DNA of 64,000 nt from Paramoeba atlantica (Eukaryota; Protista; Discosea). The notes under the pieces are model-generated. The model ran no database searches, was not told the origin of the DNA, and worked only from the letters and a program-made list of their open reading frames with translations. The position numbers and the translations under genes were made by a program. The stretch lies in NCBI GenBank assembly GCA_977017575.1, contig CDRNVI010000041.1:409898-473897 (forward strand), written 5' to 3'. This document shows, piece after piece, positions 44,301-55,000 of this stretch (position 1 is its first letter; each line of letters begins with the position of its first letter).

Positions 44301-45529
44301 GTCAGGAAAGGGAGCTGGGAGCTGGGCCTTCGTCACGCCCTCAAGGAGTAAAGGTTTTGCTTTCACACCAACCGAGTTCCGCACGTTATCGCGCTGGTGG
44401 TTTGGCATGGACATTTATGGCCAAGACCGCCCCTGCACAGCAAACGGGTGTTCCCTACCCCTACAGAAAAATGGGGAGCATGCATTATTGTGCAAGAACG
44501 GACATGGCCTCATCACGCGGCACAATGCGCTTTGTGTAGAATTCGCCTCCTTTTGCAGCAAGGCCAACATGGCTCCCCAGCGAGAAAAAAGTCTAGGAAA
44601 TCGGGGGCCAGGAGGGGGTCTCACCAGACCGGCTGACGTTTTCCTCCCCACGTACACTCTAGGGAAAGGCATGGTACTAGACTTCGCAGTCACCCACGCA
44701 CAGCAAACAAAGTATTTGGACTCTGTCCGGAATGCTAGCTGGGTGGCTGCAGGGTCTTTCGCCGAGCATTACTCAGAAACGAAGGAAAAACAACGTCAAG
44801 AAGCAGAAGAAGCACAACTAGGGTTCACGGCCATGGTTGTCGAGTCTTTTGGCTCGTGGAGTAAAAGAGCAATGGCGGTCTTATGGAAGGTGGGAGCACT
44901 GCGCGCCAACTCGTCAAAAGGTCTTCTCACGGATGCCCAAGCCCGAAATGACCTTCTGAAAGAGCTTAACGTCACACTCATGCGCTCTCAGGCCCGCATG
45001 ATGGTCTCCCGGATAGTCGTCAGTGACCCCCAAGCTCCCCTGGAAGGGGAGTAGGGCCCACAGGCATGGTCCTCTAGGGTAACAAGACGATTAGGGTGCT
45101 GGTCGCGTCGACAGAGTCTATACTCACGCCTAGCTCGCGAGGGCTAGGTACCCCAAGTGAGGTATTACACGGGCAGTAAATCTCCTCCACGTCGGCCAGC
45201 ATCCTGTTTCGCGACCGTGTCGCTGTCGACACAGGCCCGCGCCTGCGCCCTCCCATATAACAAAGGAAGGGTTCACAAGTCAGGCCGTGGAGTGGTCGAA
45301 AGACCCGGTCCGGAACGCGCGAATGGATTGGGTCTGGATTGCTCGTTTTTATTTTTACTGTGCCTTGTTTGTCGTATATACTTAGGGGAGATTGAATTGC
45401 TAGTTTTGGGCTGAGAAAAAAAAAGAAAAAGAAAATATACTTCTGTGGAAATAAAAAGAATTGCCAATTTGATTGCTTGTTTTAAATTCATATACCCCCC
45501 TAATGGACCAAACAAAAAAAAAAAAAAAA
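41390..45529 (+). mobile_element. Full-length CRE-clade element C (SL-capped)
   Basis: SL at 41390-41421; intact ORF; shared 3' UTR; A-tail at about 45514-45529. Confidence 0.9.
41464..45054 (+). CDS. LsmAD-ZnF-RT-RLE polyprotein
   Basis: WDQFAGN...STYNELLYTT; QQGDPLGPLLF, WYLDDG, RHN, RPADV, LDFAVTH. Confidence 0.9.
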   Translation: MPPDDSFDANALPMDDDSFRQEQMSHKPGDWDQFAGNAHLISGQSTYNELLYTTPIPENVPKHWTERAYKIAAEEPTPDTGRMTADEETNHSLVVANNVGITSEASSAHIFSPTKATKRKNTDSAPTTYHNANTQQKDVERQCPAEGCTWKTPPHSGKWQAFYHHVAHRHGKNIPNEWWEGEGRFLCRDCGRHYAKNKLKSHPKNCRGRNNSGRSLAPPTARPQNAEENPTDNLPSLGSICALPMSTCKDVPHCCRFLWASILTQSLTSAVKENTVEAWTLLAMLPKCVLPAPFRGGRKGHTSYSTYVENRMKLWLAGEYLLLWEDAQRDHYKKRSRSRDSEIDADRAAIRAELLARQGEFSRGMAALTAAPMAPDNADTLEKLLEKHPDPHENPLQNDLPPIEGNPLHLEETEVKKAIVSFRRGSSAGTMGLRPEHLQAAILEHVDKDVNPLSALTRLVNHMLQGKAPQDVQSFYAGARLCALEKGEDDVRPIAAGETLRRLVSKAACISIKEKAGTLFNGRQYGVAAPAGAERVIHLCRRAMLNNLGSDNFVFCKVDLRNAFNNVSRPVLTLTTRLNFPELSPWVEWCYSNVSCLTYRDNVIPSAEGVQQGDPLGPLLFSLVLSSVTEEISSRSNLDTQLWYLDDGVLIGEAEEVRKALDVFSNVGSRCGLFLNPSKCEIITPPASSHLTGLFPEIPKTKTRTDGNFDILGSPIGSAEHCVEFLRSEAIEPARETLDAIGFIGDPQVAMSLIRQCTGFCQMVYALRTTPPQALSELCNSLDENVLKAAEWALFPLDSHARDQIQRKKRNGGFGLRSSLLHATAAYVSSVAHAADADDWDPSEAEGFTISVQDVNRKAGVELVDPGTGRIPKQNKPHPESSQRHNLTSRSKRPRHILNNMDADKTAEPEMVIPRQQQLSQAISQQEFTTAYGQADPRTRARWVSQSGKGAGSWAFVTPSRSKGFAFTPTEFRTLSRWWFGMDIYGQDRPCTANGCSLPLQKNGEHALLCKNGHGLITRHNALCVEFASFCSKANMAPQREKSLGNRGPGGGLTRPADVFLPTYTLGKGMVLDFAVTHAQQTKYLDSVRNASWVAAGSFAEHYSETKEKQRQEAEEAQLGFTAMVVESFGSWSKRAMAVLWKVGALRANSSKGLLTDAQARNDLLKELNVTLMRSQARMMVSRIVVSDPQAPLEGE

Positions 45530-45828
45530 CTTAATACAAAAAGTGGTCTTAATACAAAAAGTGGTCTTAATACAAAAAGTGGTCTTAATACAAAAAGTGG
45601 TCTTAATACAAAAAGTGGTCTTAATACAAAAAGTGGTCTTAATACAAAAAGTGGTCTTAATACAAAAAGTGGTCTTAATACAAAAAGTGGTCTTAATACA
45701 AAAAGTGGTCTTAATACAAAAAGTGGTCTTAATACAAAATGTGGTCTTAATACAAAAAGTGGTCTTAATACAAAAAGTGGTCTTAATACAAAAAGTGGTC
45801 TTAATACAAAAAGTGGTCTTAATGGTCT
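45530..45828. repeat. 18-bp tandem array (GGTCTTAATACAAAAAGT)n
   Basis: Directly visible, about 16 copies. Confidence 0.95.
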
Positions 45829-45978
45829 TACAAAATATTTTTTTTTTTTTTTTTTTGTAAAGGAACGACGTGTGCAGTACGGTGGTGTTTTTTTTTTTTT
45901 AGGAGATTTTTTTTTTCTTTTTAACCTTATAACTGCAACTTGCAGCCTTAACTTATTTCCAATTTACTCGGCTTCCCC

Positions 45979-46623
45979 TGTTGACATCACCGACGTTTCC
46001 TCCGTGCCTCTCGCCAACGATATCCGCAGTCCGAGCGGACACCCAAAACCGAGCAGAAGAGGATTTTCAAGGCTCAAGATTCCAGGCACCCAATTCGGTC
46101 CGCGAAGAAGTGTTGACATCGCCGCCGTTTCCTCCGCGCCTCTCGCCAACGATATCCGCAGTCCGAGCGGACACCCAAAACCGAGCAGAAGAGGATTTTC
46201 AAGGCTCAAGATTCCAGGCACCCAATTCGGTCCGCGAAGAAGTGTTGATATCGCCGCCGTTTCCTCCGCGCCTCTCGCCAACGATATCCGCAGTCCGAGC
46301 GGACACCCAAAACCGAGCAGAAGAGGATTTTCAAGGCTCAAGATTCCAGGCACCCAATTCGGTCCGCGAAGAAGTGTTGACATCGCCGCCGTTTCCTCCG
46401 TGCCTCTCGCCAACGATATCCGCAGTCCGAGCGGACACCCAAAACCGAGCAGAAGAGGATTTTCAAGGCTCAAGATTCCAGGCACCCAATTCGGTCCGCG
46501 AAGAAGTGTTGACATCGCCGCCGTTTCCTCCGCGCCTCTCGCCAACGATATCCGCAGTCCGAGCGGACACCCAAAACCGAGCAGAAGAGGATTTTCAAGG
46601 CTCAAGATTCCAGGCACCCAATT
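45979..46623. repeat. 129-bp tandem array, 5 copies
   Basis: 645 bp = 5 x 129; 43-aa periodic ORFs. Confidence 0.95.
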
Positions 46624-46742
46624 AAGTAAAGGTCTTAATAAAAGTAAAGGTCTTAATAAAAGTAAAGGTCTTAATAAAAGTAAAGGTCTTAATAAAAGTA
46701 AAGGTCTTAATAAAAGTAAAGGTCTTAATAAAAGTAAAGGTC
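46624..46742. repeat. 18-bp tandem array (GGTCTTAATAAAAGTAAA)n
   Basis: Directly visible, about 6.5 copies. Confidence 0.95.
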
Positions 46743-46744
46743 TA

Positions 46745-46830
46745 ACAAACAAATATAAGCAAATACCTATGACTAATATAATCACACTTCCAAATCGTCC
46801 CAAAATCAAAGAACACATAATACGATATTC
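46745..46830 (-). mobile_element. Fragment of a family-1-like YR B repeat
   Basis: Minus strand GGGACGATTT..GTGTGATTATATTAGTCATAG..TATATTTGTTTGTT matches about 1982-2052. Confidence 0.7.
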
Positions 46831-46854
46831 CGTGCGAGAAAGAGCCGCGCTTCT

Positions 46855-49557
46855 TTTTTTTTTTTTTTTTTAGCACAAAGAGATAAGGAGCGCTATTCCG
46901 CTATTGTGGGAACGATTCCCCGCTGAATATATGTTGGACCACATAAAACAGCATAAAACAGCATGGATGACACTTGTCCCCTCGAAACCAGCAAAGCCTC
47001 AAAGTAAAAAAGAACAGTTCCAGGATCAATTATTGTATACGCGCCAATTGTTGTCAAACGTGATGAAGAATCAATGCAGAAGTAGCAGTATCTAATATAT
47101 TCGAAAGGACCTAATATATTCGAAGGCAACTAATCAATACTTATTTGTACGGAGATATACGTGTGGTAGTGAACTCTTTTAGAGTCGTAAACTCCCAATC
47201 CACTTTTCATCGGTGATGTAATCTCGGAGTTGAGACACTACCGTGTAAGCCGATAGCTTTTCAAGTTCCAGCTGAAAAGCCTCACGCACGTTTTCATATT
47301 TTCGATTCGCGCGCTGAGCCAACGCCTTTAATAGTTGTTTTGTGTCGTTGTGCAACACACCACAATCTGAGGCGGCGATGCAACGAAATGCCTCACTGTC
47401 CACACCTTTCTCTGTCACATATTTCTTGAACTTCCTTTCCTGGGCTTGCTGCAGTAGGTAGTTGCTTGTTTGTTTCTTGTAACTGTTGCAGCAAGTGTGA
47501 ACCACTGTGAAATCATAGAGGACTTCTCCCATATAGGGCCACATGATAGCGAGGTCGGGGCCAGATCGAATCCTGCGCGCCTTACATGGATGTTGGTCAG
47601 AAACCTCCGCAGAAATAGAGCATTTGCACTTTGTACAATAAAATGAGGAGTGAATTCGCGGTTCGATAACACACGGAAGTCCTGCCTTCGCGCACAAGTC
47701 AGCTAGATAGCGCACGATGTGAGAGTGTTTACGAGTGCAGTTCATACCTGAGCATCTCGAGCATCCTGCAATATGTGGAATAATACTAGAAGATGTTTCT
47801 GGACCACAGCATCCCGGGCATACGACGTTTATTGGCGCTTTCGGTAGACTTATTCCAAGTCGCATCATTAGGGTGTAGCGGAAAAGGTAAGGATTCACAT
47901 AGTTATTCGTACTCTCTAAATGTAAGTTCGCTTCTTTGCTTCGGTTCAGAATGAGCTCTAAATGCGAATGTTTCTTAAGTTCTGCGACTTGCTTTTCATA
48001 CTCCGTGTTTAAGTTCTTCTTCAGAAGTTTTCGTGCCACCTCTTTTCGATCCTGCATTTTCTTCTGACCTTTGTCGCTACCTTTATAACCTACCGGAGCG
48101 TTAATGGGTTTTGGGTGCTCTTCGATAGATGTTTGGGCAGCTTCAAAGAAGTACTTGTGTTTCAGAATCGTGGATGTGATACCTAAACCACCAAATTTTT
48201 TTGGAAGTGCTGCGAGTTGCAAAGCATTGGAGTCAGCTCCGCACCACTTTTCCAAGACCTTACCCACCTCTGTGTCGAAAACCTGCGCTAAATGAAGAGT
48301 GGCATTCGGTCTGTGTACGCGGAGATGATAATCGTGTCGCGGAATTGTACAGCGTCGCAAAATGGCCAGTGAGAGGTTGCTCGGACCCATCTTTAGGAGT
48401 CTGCGGAACAGACATTTGTGTTTCTCGAGTTTTTGAAGAAGCAAACTTTCTACCACCTGGTCGGCGCCAATGTAAGCACCAAGAATCTTAATGGCATCCG
48501 TCCGAAAGTTTACCCCCAAAGATTCTAATGGAAGTGGTTGGGTAGCACAGGGAGGGGCCTTCTGGAACCACTCACATTTCCGGAAATTGATATCTAAGCT
48601 GAGATCCGCAGTTAACTCTCGTAAATGAAGAAAAGCTGCCTCAAGCGAATGAAGATTCTTAGAGCTGAGCGTCACGTCGTCTTGATAAGCTCTTATATTG
48701 ACCTCGGGGTAAAGATTGGCTACTTCCATTAGAGGGCCTTGCAAGAGTGCACAAAAGTACATGGAAGAGAGAGCTGATCCTTGACGAATTCCAGATGAAC
48801 TTTGTACTGTAGAATGAAGGGCATTGTTGGCAAAGAATAAAAGGTCTGAAGGGAGGCCATATTCCAAGTAGAAAAGTCGCATGAAAGGTTTAAAAATCGC
48901 ATTTCCCAGAAGCGCGCGGGCGATTGCATTTCGATTCGGTGTGTTATACGCATTGGAAAAGTCCACTGTCAGCAGTGCGTGGTCAGTTTCATAATCTTGT
49001 AGCAGCTCGTGGACTATGGATTCGCACGCGTTTTTTTGAAGGATACCTCGCTGAATCGGTGCAAAGAAATTCTTTATCATACAGCCGTGCCGCTCTAGCA
49101 ATACAGAACCGCATATCTTCAAAATTGTGTCTCCCATGGCAACTGGGCGAATGCCGTTTTGAGGCTTGGCCAGTGCAATGATTCTGCATCGAGTCAAACG
49201 GTGACGGACACTTAGCGAGACCTCCCCGTTAATCACATCGCGGATCATACGGCATAAGGAAAGGCATGTTTCTTCGTCGTCCACCAACAACCGCATCATG
49301 CTCTCGCTGAGCCCCGTCGGACCCGGTGAAGCCCCCCGGGACAACTTTTCAGTGGCTTCCCGGATCTCTGAGTTCTCTACGACTCCGATTCGCGGAAAAT
49401 TTGCTTCAGGAATTTCCAGTGGAGAACCATCCGGATGTAGGGTCTTTAGCTTGCTTACTTTTTCCTCGGGTGATAGATTGGATTCCTTGTAGAGATTATC
49501 CAGTACTCTCGTCGCTTTGCTTAAGTTCCCTGCTTTGGCTGTGATTCGGTCCGCGTC
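46855..49557 (-). mobile_element. 5'-truncated CRE/SLACS-like element D with poly(A) tail
   Basis: ORF 47179-49550: PGPTGLSE, IRPVAMG, DFSNAYN, GIRQGSALS, AYQDD, CPGC..H..C, GPDL..YDFTVVH; T-run at 46855-46870. Confidence 0.88.
47179..49550 (-). CDS. RT plus restriction-like endonuclease (N-terminally truncated)
   Basis: Motifs as above; the ORF-track N-terminus MSTLLRGPNW comes from the 129-bp repeat. Confidence 0.85.
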
Positions 49558-49616
49558 CCAATTCGGTCCGCGAAGAAGTGTTGACATCGCCGCCGTTTCC
49601 TCCGCGCCTCTCGCCA

Positions 49617-49855
49617 GAATTGCTCATCATCCGATGGTAGAAAGGTAACAAAAATAAACTCTCAAAACTTAACAAGCATACACTTTCTATAAAGCTCACA
49701 CTACTGTTCGAAACCAAGAATCCATATTCAAACACTATAATTAACTCATAAACAAGACGTCATGACTATAACCAAAGAAAACAAAGTAACCTTCCCATCA
49801 CACAACTTCTCACCTCTCAGCTTGCGAACGGGTCACGCGGGGACCACCCATTCGC
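49617..49855 (-). mobile_element. B-type terminal repeat of a YR element related to family 3
   Basis: Starts GCGAATGGGTGGTCCCCGCGTGACCCGTTCGC (cf. about 13131-13166) and ends GAGCAATTC (cf. 13405-13413); second copy at 56512-56745. Confidence 0.65.
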
Positions 49856-49934
49856 ACGTACTCCAATCACCCAATCGCTTGTATGGCAGATAAATCCGGT
49901 GCCTACTCCAGACGTACCTCCCATTACAATACAT

Positions 49935-51095
49935 TTTTTTTTTTTTTTTTATGAATCGCGGCATTGCCTCTATATTTTGACCCAGTAGACGAACCAAGTA
50001 GGTCCATTGGGGGGGGTATACGAGTTGAAAATAAGCAATCAAATTAGCAAATCTTTTTGTTTCCACAGATGTACCTTTTGTTTTTTTCTCTCAGCCCAAA
50101 ACTAGCAATTTAATCTCCCCTAAGTATATACTACAAACAAGAAACAGTAAAAACTAAAACAAGCAATACAGACCCAATCCATTCGCGCGTCCCGGACCGG
50201 GTCTTTCGACCTCACCACGGCCTGACTTGTGAACCCTTCCCTTGTTATATGGGAGGGCGCAGGCGCGGGCCTGTGTCGACAGCGACACGGTCGCGAAACA
50301 GGATGCTGGTCGACGGGGAGGAGATTCACTACCCGTGTCCTACCTCACTTGGGGTACCTAGCCCTCGCGGGCTAGGCGTGAGCATAGACTCTGTCGACCC
50401 GACCAGCATCCCGACCAGATGTTCATGGGCGCAAACGACCAGTTCGGAATGAATCCAGCCGGTCGTCATGTGTGACGAGTTGGCCAGTGGGATCTTCATC
50501 CGGGAGACGTCGGACCAACATCCGTGCCTGTGAACGCATGAGGGCTATGTTCATACCCCTTATGAGTTGTGCTGTGGCCTGTGCATGGCTCAAAGTCCCA
50601 TTAGAGGTTGAAGCTCGGTGTTTCCCGACGCTTTTTATGATGGTCAGGGCACTTTTGGACCAGGATCCAAAAGATTCTACAACCATCGCTTCAAAACGGT
50701 GACCAGCAGCGACAGCTTCTGCTCTCTCCGATATTTTATGTTCCGAGGCGTAGCGCTCGGCGAATGACCCCGCCTTTACCCATGTAGCAGTTCGGACTAA
50801 GTCCGTATATTTGTTTTGCTGGACATGTGTAACTGCGAAGTCAAGGACGAGAGCTGTTCCAAGGTCATAGTTTGGCAAGTAAACGTCACCTGGTCGTGTC
50901 AAGCCGCCTCCCGGACCATGATTTCCTAGCGTCTTTTCCCTCTGAGGAGCCAGCTGCGCCTTACTACACTCTTGCGCAAACTGTAGACAAAGAGAGTTAT
51001 GTCGTGCCATGATGCCATGTCCAGATTTGCACACTAGAGCGTGGTCCCCATCGAGTCCGATAGACATTTTACATTTTTCCATGGGACATGGTTGG
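49935..51095 (-). mobile_element. 5'-truncated LsmAD-family CRE element (RLE C-terminus plus shared 3' UTR)
   Basis: ORF 50423-51082: DHALVC, RHN, RPGDV, LDFAVTH, MRSQARM; 3' UTR near-identical to B and C. Confidence 0.85.
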
Positions 51096-51179
51096 ACGTT
51101 TTTTTTTTTTTTTTTTTTTTATATATATATATTTATATATAGAGATATAGATGTAATATGAACTATATGCTAGAACTAC

Positions 51180-51525
51180 TTTTTTTTTTTTTTTTTTTTT
51201 TTTTTGCAATTAATAAGGGGGGAGAAGTATGAATCGCGGCATTGCCTCTATATTTTGACCCAGTAGACGAACCAAGTACATAGTAGGTCCATTAGGGGGG
51301 TATATGAATTTAAAACAAGCAATCAAATTAGCAATTCTTTTCTTTTCCACAGAAGTATATTTTCTTTTTCTTTTTTCTCAGCCCAAAACTAGAAATTCAA
51401 TCTCCCCTAAGTATATACGACAAATAAGACACAGTAAAAATAAAAACAAGCAATCCAGACCCAATCCATTCGCGCGTTCCGGACCGGGTCTTTCGACCAC
51501 TCCACGGCCTGACTTGTGAACCCTT
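51180..51525 (-). mobile_element. 3' UTR-only fragment of the LsmAD-family CRE elements with poly(A)
   Basis: Matches about 45270-45510 plus the terminal module. Confidence 0.8.
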
Positions 51526-52020
51526 TTTTTTTTTTTTTTTTTTTTAATTTCATGTTGTCCAAAGTCTCTGCTACAATCTACTATACGGATCCGCAGGGTT
51601 ATCCTCAGAACGAATATACTGCGCTTGGACTGCGATAGTATATTCTATGACTGGAGAACCATCCTAGTATAGTATTTGCTAGTATAGTATTTGCTATGAC
51701 TGGAGAACCATCCGGATGTAGGGTCTTTAGCTTGCTTACTTTTTCCTCGGGTGATAGATTGGATTCCTTGTAGAGATTATCCAGTACTCTCGTCGCTTTG
51801 CTTAAGTTCCCTCCAATCCAATCCAATCCAAAAGACCGACATATGTCGGTTAGAATGTTAAATGTTTTCCCCCCGAACTTATACTCCCTCGCCTTCCAGT
51901 TCAGAGTTTAGTAGTGCCTACTATTTTACTTTCACACAATACTTTTCCTTTATCTTCCTGAACTCTTCCTCAGGGTATTCCGAACCTGCTGGTGGAAACA
52001 CGTCTTCCGCCCAACTCTTA

Positions 52021-55000
52021 CTATGAAGGCGCCCTCTTTCCACCAGTTTTCGCAATCTTCCCGCACAGCGTGACTTTAGCCTCGGCGCCACGCTTGGGTG
52101 CTGGATTGGTTTTCGTCTTTCCCTTTTCCAAGGTTCTATGTTTTATCAGCTTTTCCAAGGATTTGTCGATTTGTGATGCGTTGGAATCATTACTTGTTTT
52201 TCTCTTTTTCTGCTCAGGCGGTCGAGGAACTTTTCGCGCTGCAATCAGTGCTAGCCCATCTGCCTCGTCGTTCCATTTATTTCCTGAGTGACCCTTGACT
52301 TTGCACATATATATTGAGTACAAATCATGTTTTAAGGACCGTAATTTTCCGTCTAACTGGGAGAACAAATCTCCATTTAAAACCCCCTTGTAACCAACGA
52401 TTCGCCGCCGATATCGAAGATTGTGAAAGAAGTCCCATAGATAGTAAGAGTCTGTATGAAACAGACAAGCGCATGGTTTTGACGGCAGTTGGAGAAGGGC
52501 ATGCTGAAAAGCTAAGATCTCTACTCGCTCAATAGTGTCTGATTCCAATGGTATGGATATCCGTGAGGGTTCGCATCGTGGTTTTAGAACTACGATACCT
52601 ATGCCACTTCGAATCTCTTTCGTACTTTTCATCGGCAGAACAGAGCCATCGGTATATATTTGTATGGCTTTATAGGCTGGAAAAGGCACATTTGATTCTT
52701 CAACGAACTGTAATTCTGAAGGACTTTTTTGTTTTTTAGCTTTGGCAAGAGCAGGTTTCCACTTTGCTGACCCAATTTTTTCGTATTCTATGAGCGGTTC
52801 AAGTTCACGTCGCAATTTTTCTGTCAGACGATACCAGTGTTCACGGTCTGACGCAAATACTAATGCCTCTTCCAGTGTAATGTTAAGATCCTTGAAGCAA
52901 GCCTCGCTTGGAGATAAATTGCGTGCATTCGGGCTTTGTTTCCACTGTACAAGCTCTTGAAAATCACTGGAGTGCCTCAGCATGTGCCCGACGAGCTTGG
53001 CCCTCTGAACCTTGTGTATAGTAGAAAAGCGCTCAGTTTCAAGATACAGAGAAGCATTCGGGTAGCTCATTCCGTATTCATCTAATCTGTTGCATTGGCA
53101 AACTATTCTTCTCATGTTATTAACTTCAACGTCAATTCTTCGGAGCATGGATTTTGAAATAGAAAGTGCACCTGTCCCAAAGTTTAGCACCGGATATACT
53201 ATTGAATCGTAGAGGCGCAGCTTAGTCTCCGGGCTAAGTGGTGAAGACCAAATACCATTCATTCGAAAGAGAGATCCCCAAGCTAGTTTCAATCGATCTT
53301 TAACTGTAGATGTAAAATCATTTTCCTGCCGATGCCCTAAGTGTTTGTAAGACGTAACTTTCGGAATCATCCCCGAGAATTTGCTGTTCAGGCTCTCGCT
53401 GCTCATTTGAGATTTACCAAAAGTTAACCAGGCTGTCTTGTTTGCTCCGACGGCTAGTTTCAGATTAGCTTTGCGTGACTCTTCAGCTACATTGTCTATC
53501 ATATTTGTCAAACCACTCTTCGTGTCACTAAATAACGCTATATCGTCCGCATACTCAATGTCACTCAGGCGCTTTTCATGAAGACCCCGCTTTCTTGTAC
53601 CCCTAGAGCTGAGAAGAACCCCGTCTGATTTTCCATCTAGTGCTTTATTGAGAATTCTATCTAACACCATAACGAACAGATAAGGCGCCAATACATCACC
53701 TTGAAGTATTCCTGTAGTGATAGGGAAAGGTTTTGTGATTCCAATAGAAGTTCGTACAGTGCCTTTCAGCTCATCGTATATAGACATTATCATCTTAGAA
53801 AGACATGGACCTACTCGAAATGCATGCAAACTAGCTTTAATAGCAGCGAACGATACCGAAGGAAATGCTTTAGCAAAGTCTATAAAAGCTACAGAAAGGC
53901 CTTGTCCTCTGAATGCTTTGGTTTTTATTTCGTTCATGATAATCTGAGCTCCAGAAGTCGCTCGGTTAGGTCGAAACCCATACTGGTTACCCCGAAGAGA
54001 CTTTTCAATGTTGGGTCTAATGCGGGAGAGTATCATATGATTCATGAGCTTAACTACGCTATTTACTACGCATATAGGCCGCCAATTCTCAATGTTAGTG
54101 AGGTCTCCTTTCTTTGGGATGGGTATTTGAAGAGTGTTGCGCCAGGCTTCCTCTGTGACTCCAGTTTCGTGTACCTGGTTGATTATATTCAGGAGATGCG
54201 ATCTCAGATCAGGGTGGACCGCTATATCTTGAAGGGCTTCCATTGGTATTCCGTCACTTCCCGGTGTTTTTCCTCTTCTGAAATGTTCTAAAGATGTGCT
54301 TAACTCCTCGCTTGTAAATGCTGCATCGGATATTGGTACTAACGGAGGCGGCAGCAGTTCAAAGCTAAGATTTGGATCTCCATCATCAGCGCCACTAAAT
54401 TTCATGAAGTACGATCGAATTTCGTTAAGTTTATCATTTCGTGAGCTTCCGTTCGTGCTAAAGGTATCACGATATTGCCCGCATATCTTTCGAATCGTTC
54501 TCCATGGGTTTGAATGGTTTTTACGAAGCTGTTTTTCAATCTCCAAGCATTCGTCAGAAATAATCTCTTCAACTTCCGCTTTATTCTCCTTTACGAGAGC
54601 GTTGAACACCTTTTTGTTTCTGCTCTTGTGATATAAACCGCGCAAATCATGTATTTTTGAGTCCTTTACAGCTTCTTTGTTCAAATTTCGTTTCGTCGGT
54701 TTTTTGAAAGTTTTTACAGCATTTTTCATATATTGTGCGAGAGCGCCCCATGATCGACAAGAGTTCGAGGTTGCTCGATATTGGTCGTGAACTTTATTGA
54801 TGAAATTCTTCCTATCCTCACTATTTCGAAGAGAAATCCACGAGAGCTGATTCGTATTCGTTTTGGGATCACTGACTCGCCATTTAATTTTAATTCTGGC
54901 TATAACACAACAGTGAGTAGTAGGAATGGGTGCCTTGATCACTTTGTGTCGTTGAATTGCCGATGCAAATCTGCTACAAATAAATATGTGATCTAACTGC

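Noticed and set aside
45979-46107. 129-bp unit as a 5S rRNA or tRNA gene
   Set aside because: No box A/C or cloverleaf features seen
45530-46742. CRISPR-like appearance of the 18-bp and 129-bp arrays
   Set aside because: Units are contiguous with no unique spacers, there are no cas genes, and the context is eukaryotic
45473-46873. Long periodic ORFs (LNTKSG, VVLIQK, 43-aa repeats; also 56058-57902)
   Set aside because: Open frames are by-products of stop-free tandem repeats on both strands; no evidence of real genes
49575-49640. Hammerhead-like TGATGAG...GAAAC on the minus strand
   Set aside because: It spans a junction of two unrelated elements, lacks CUGAUGA and has no supporting stems
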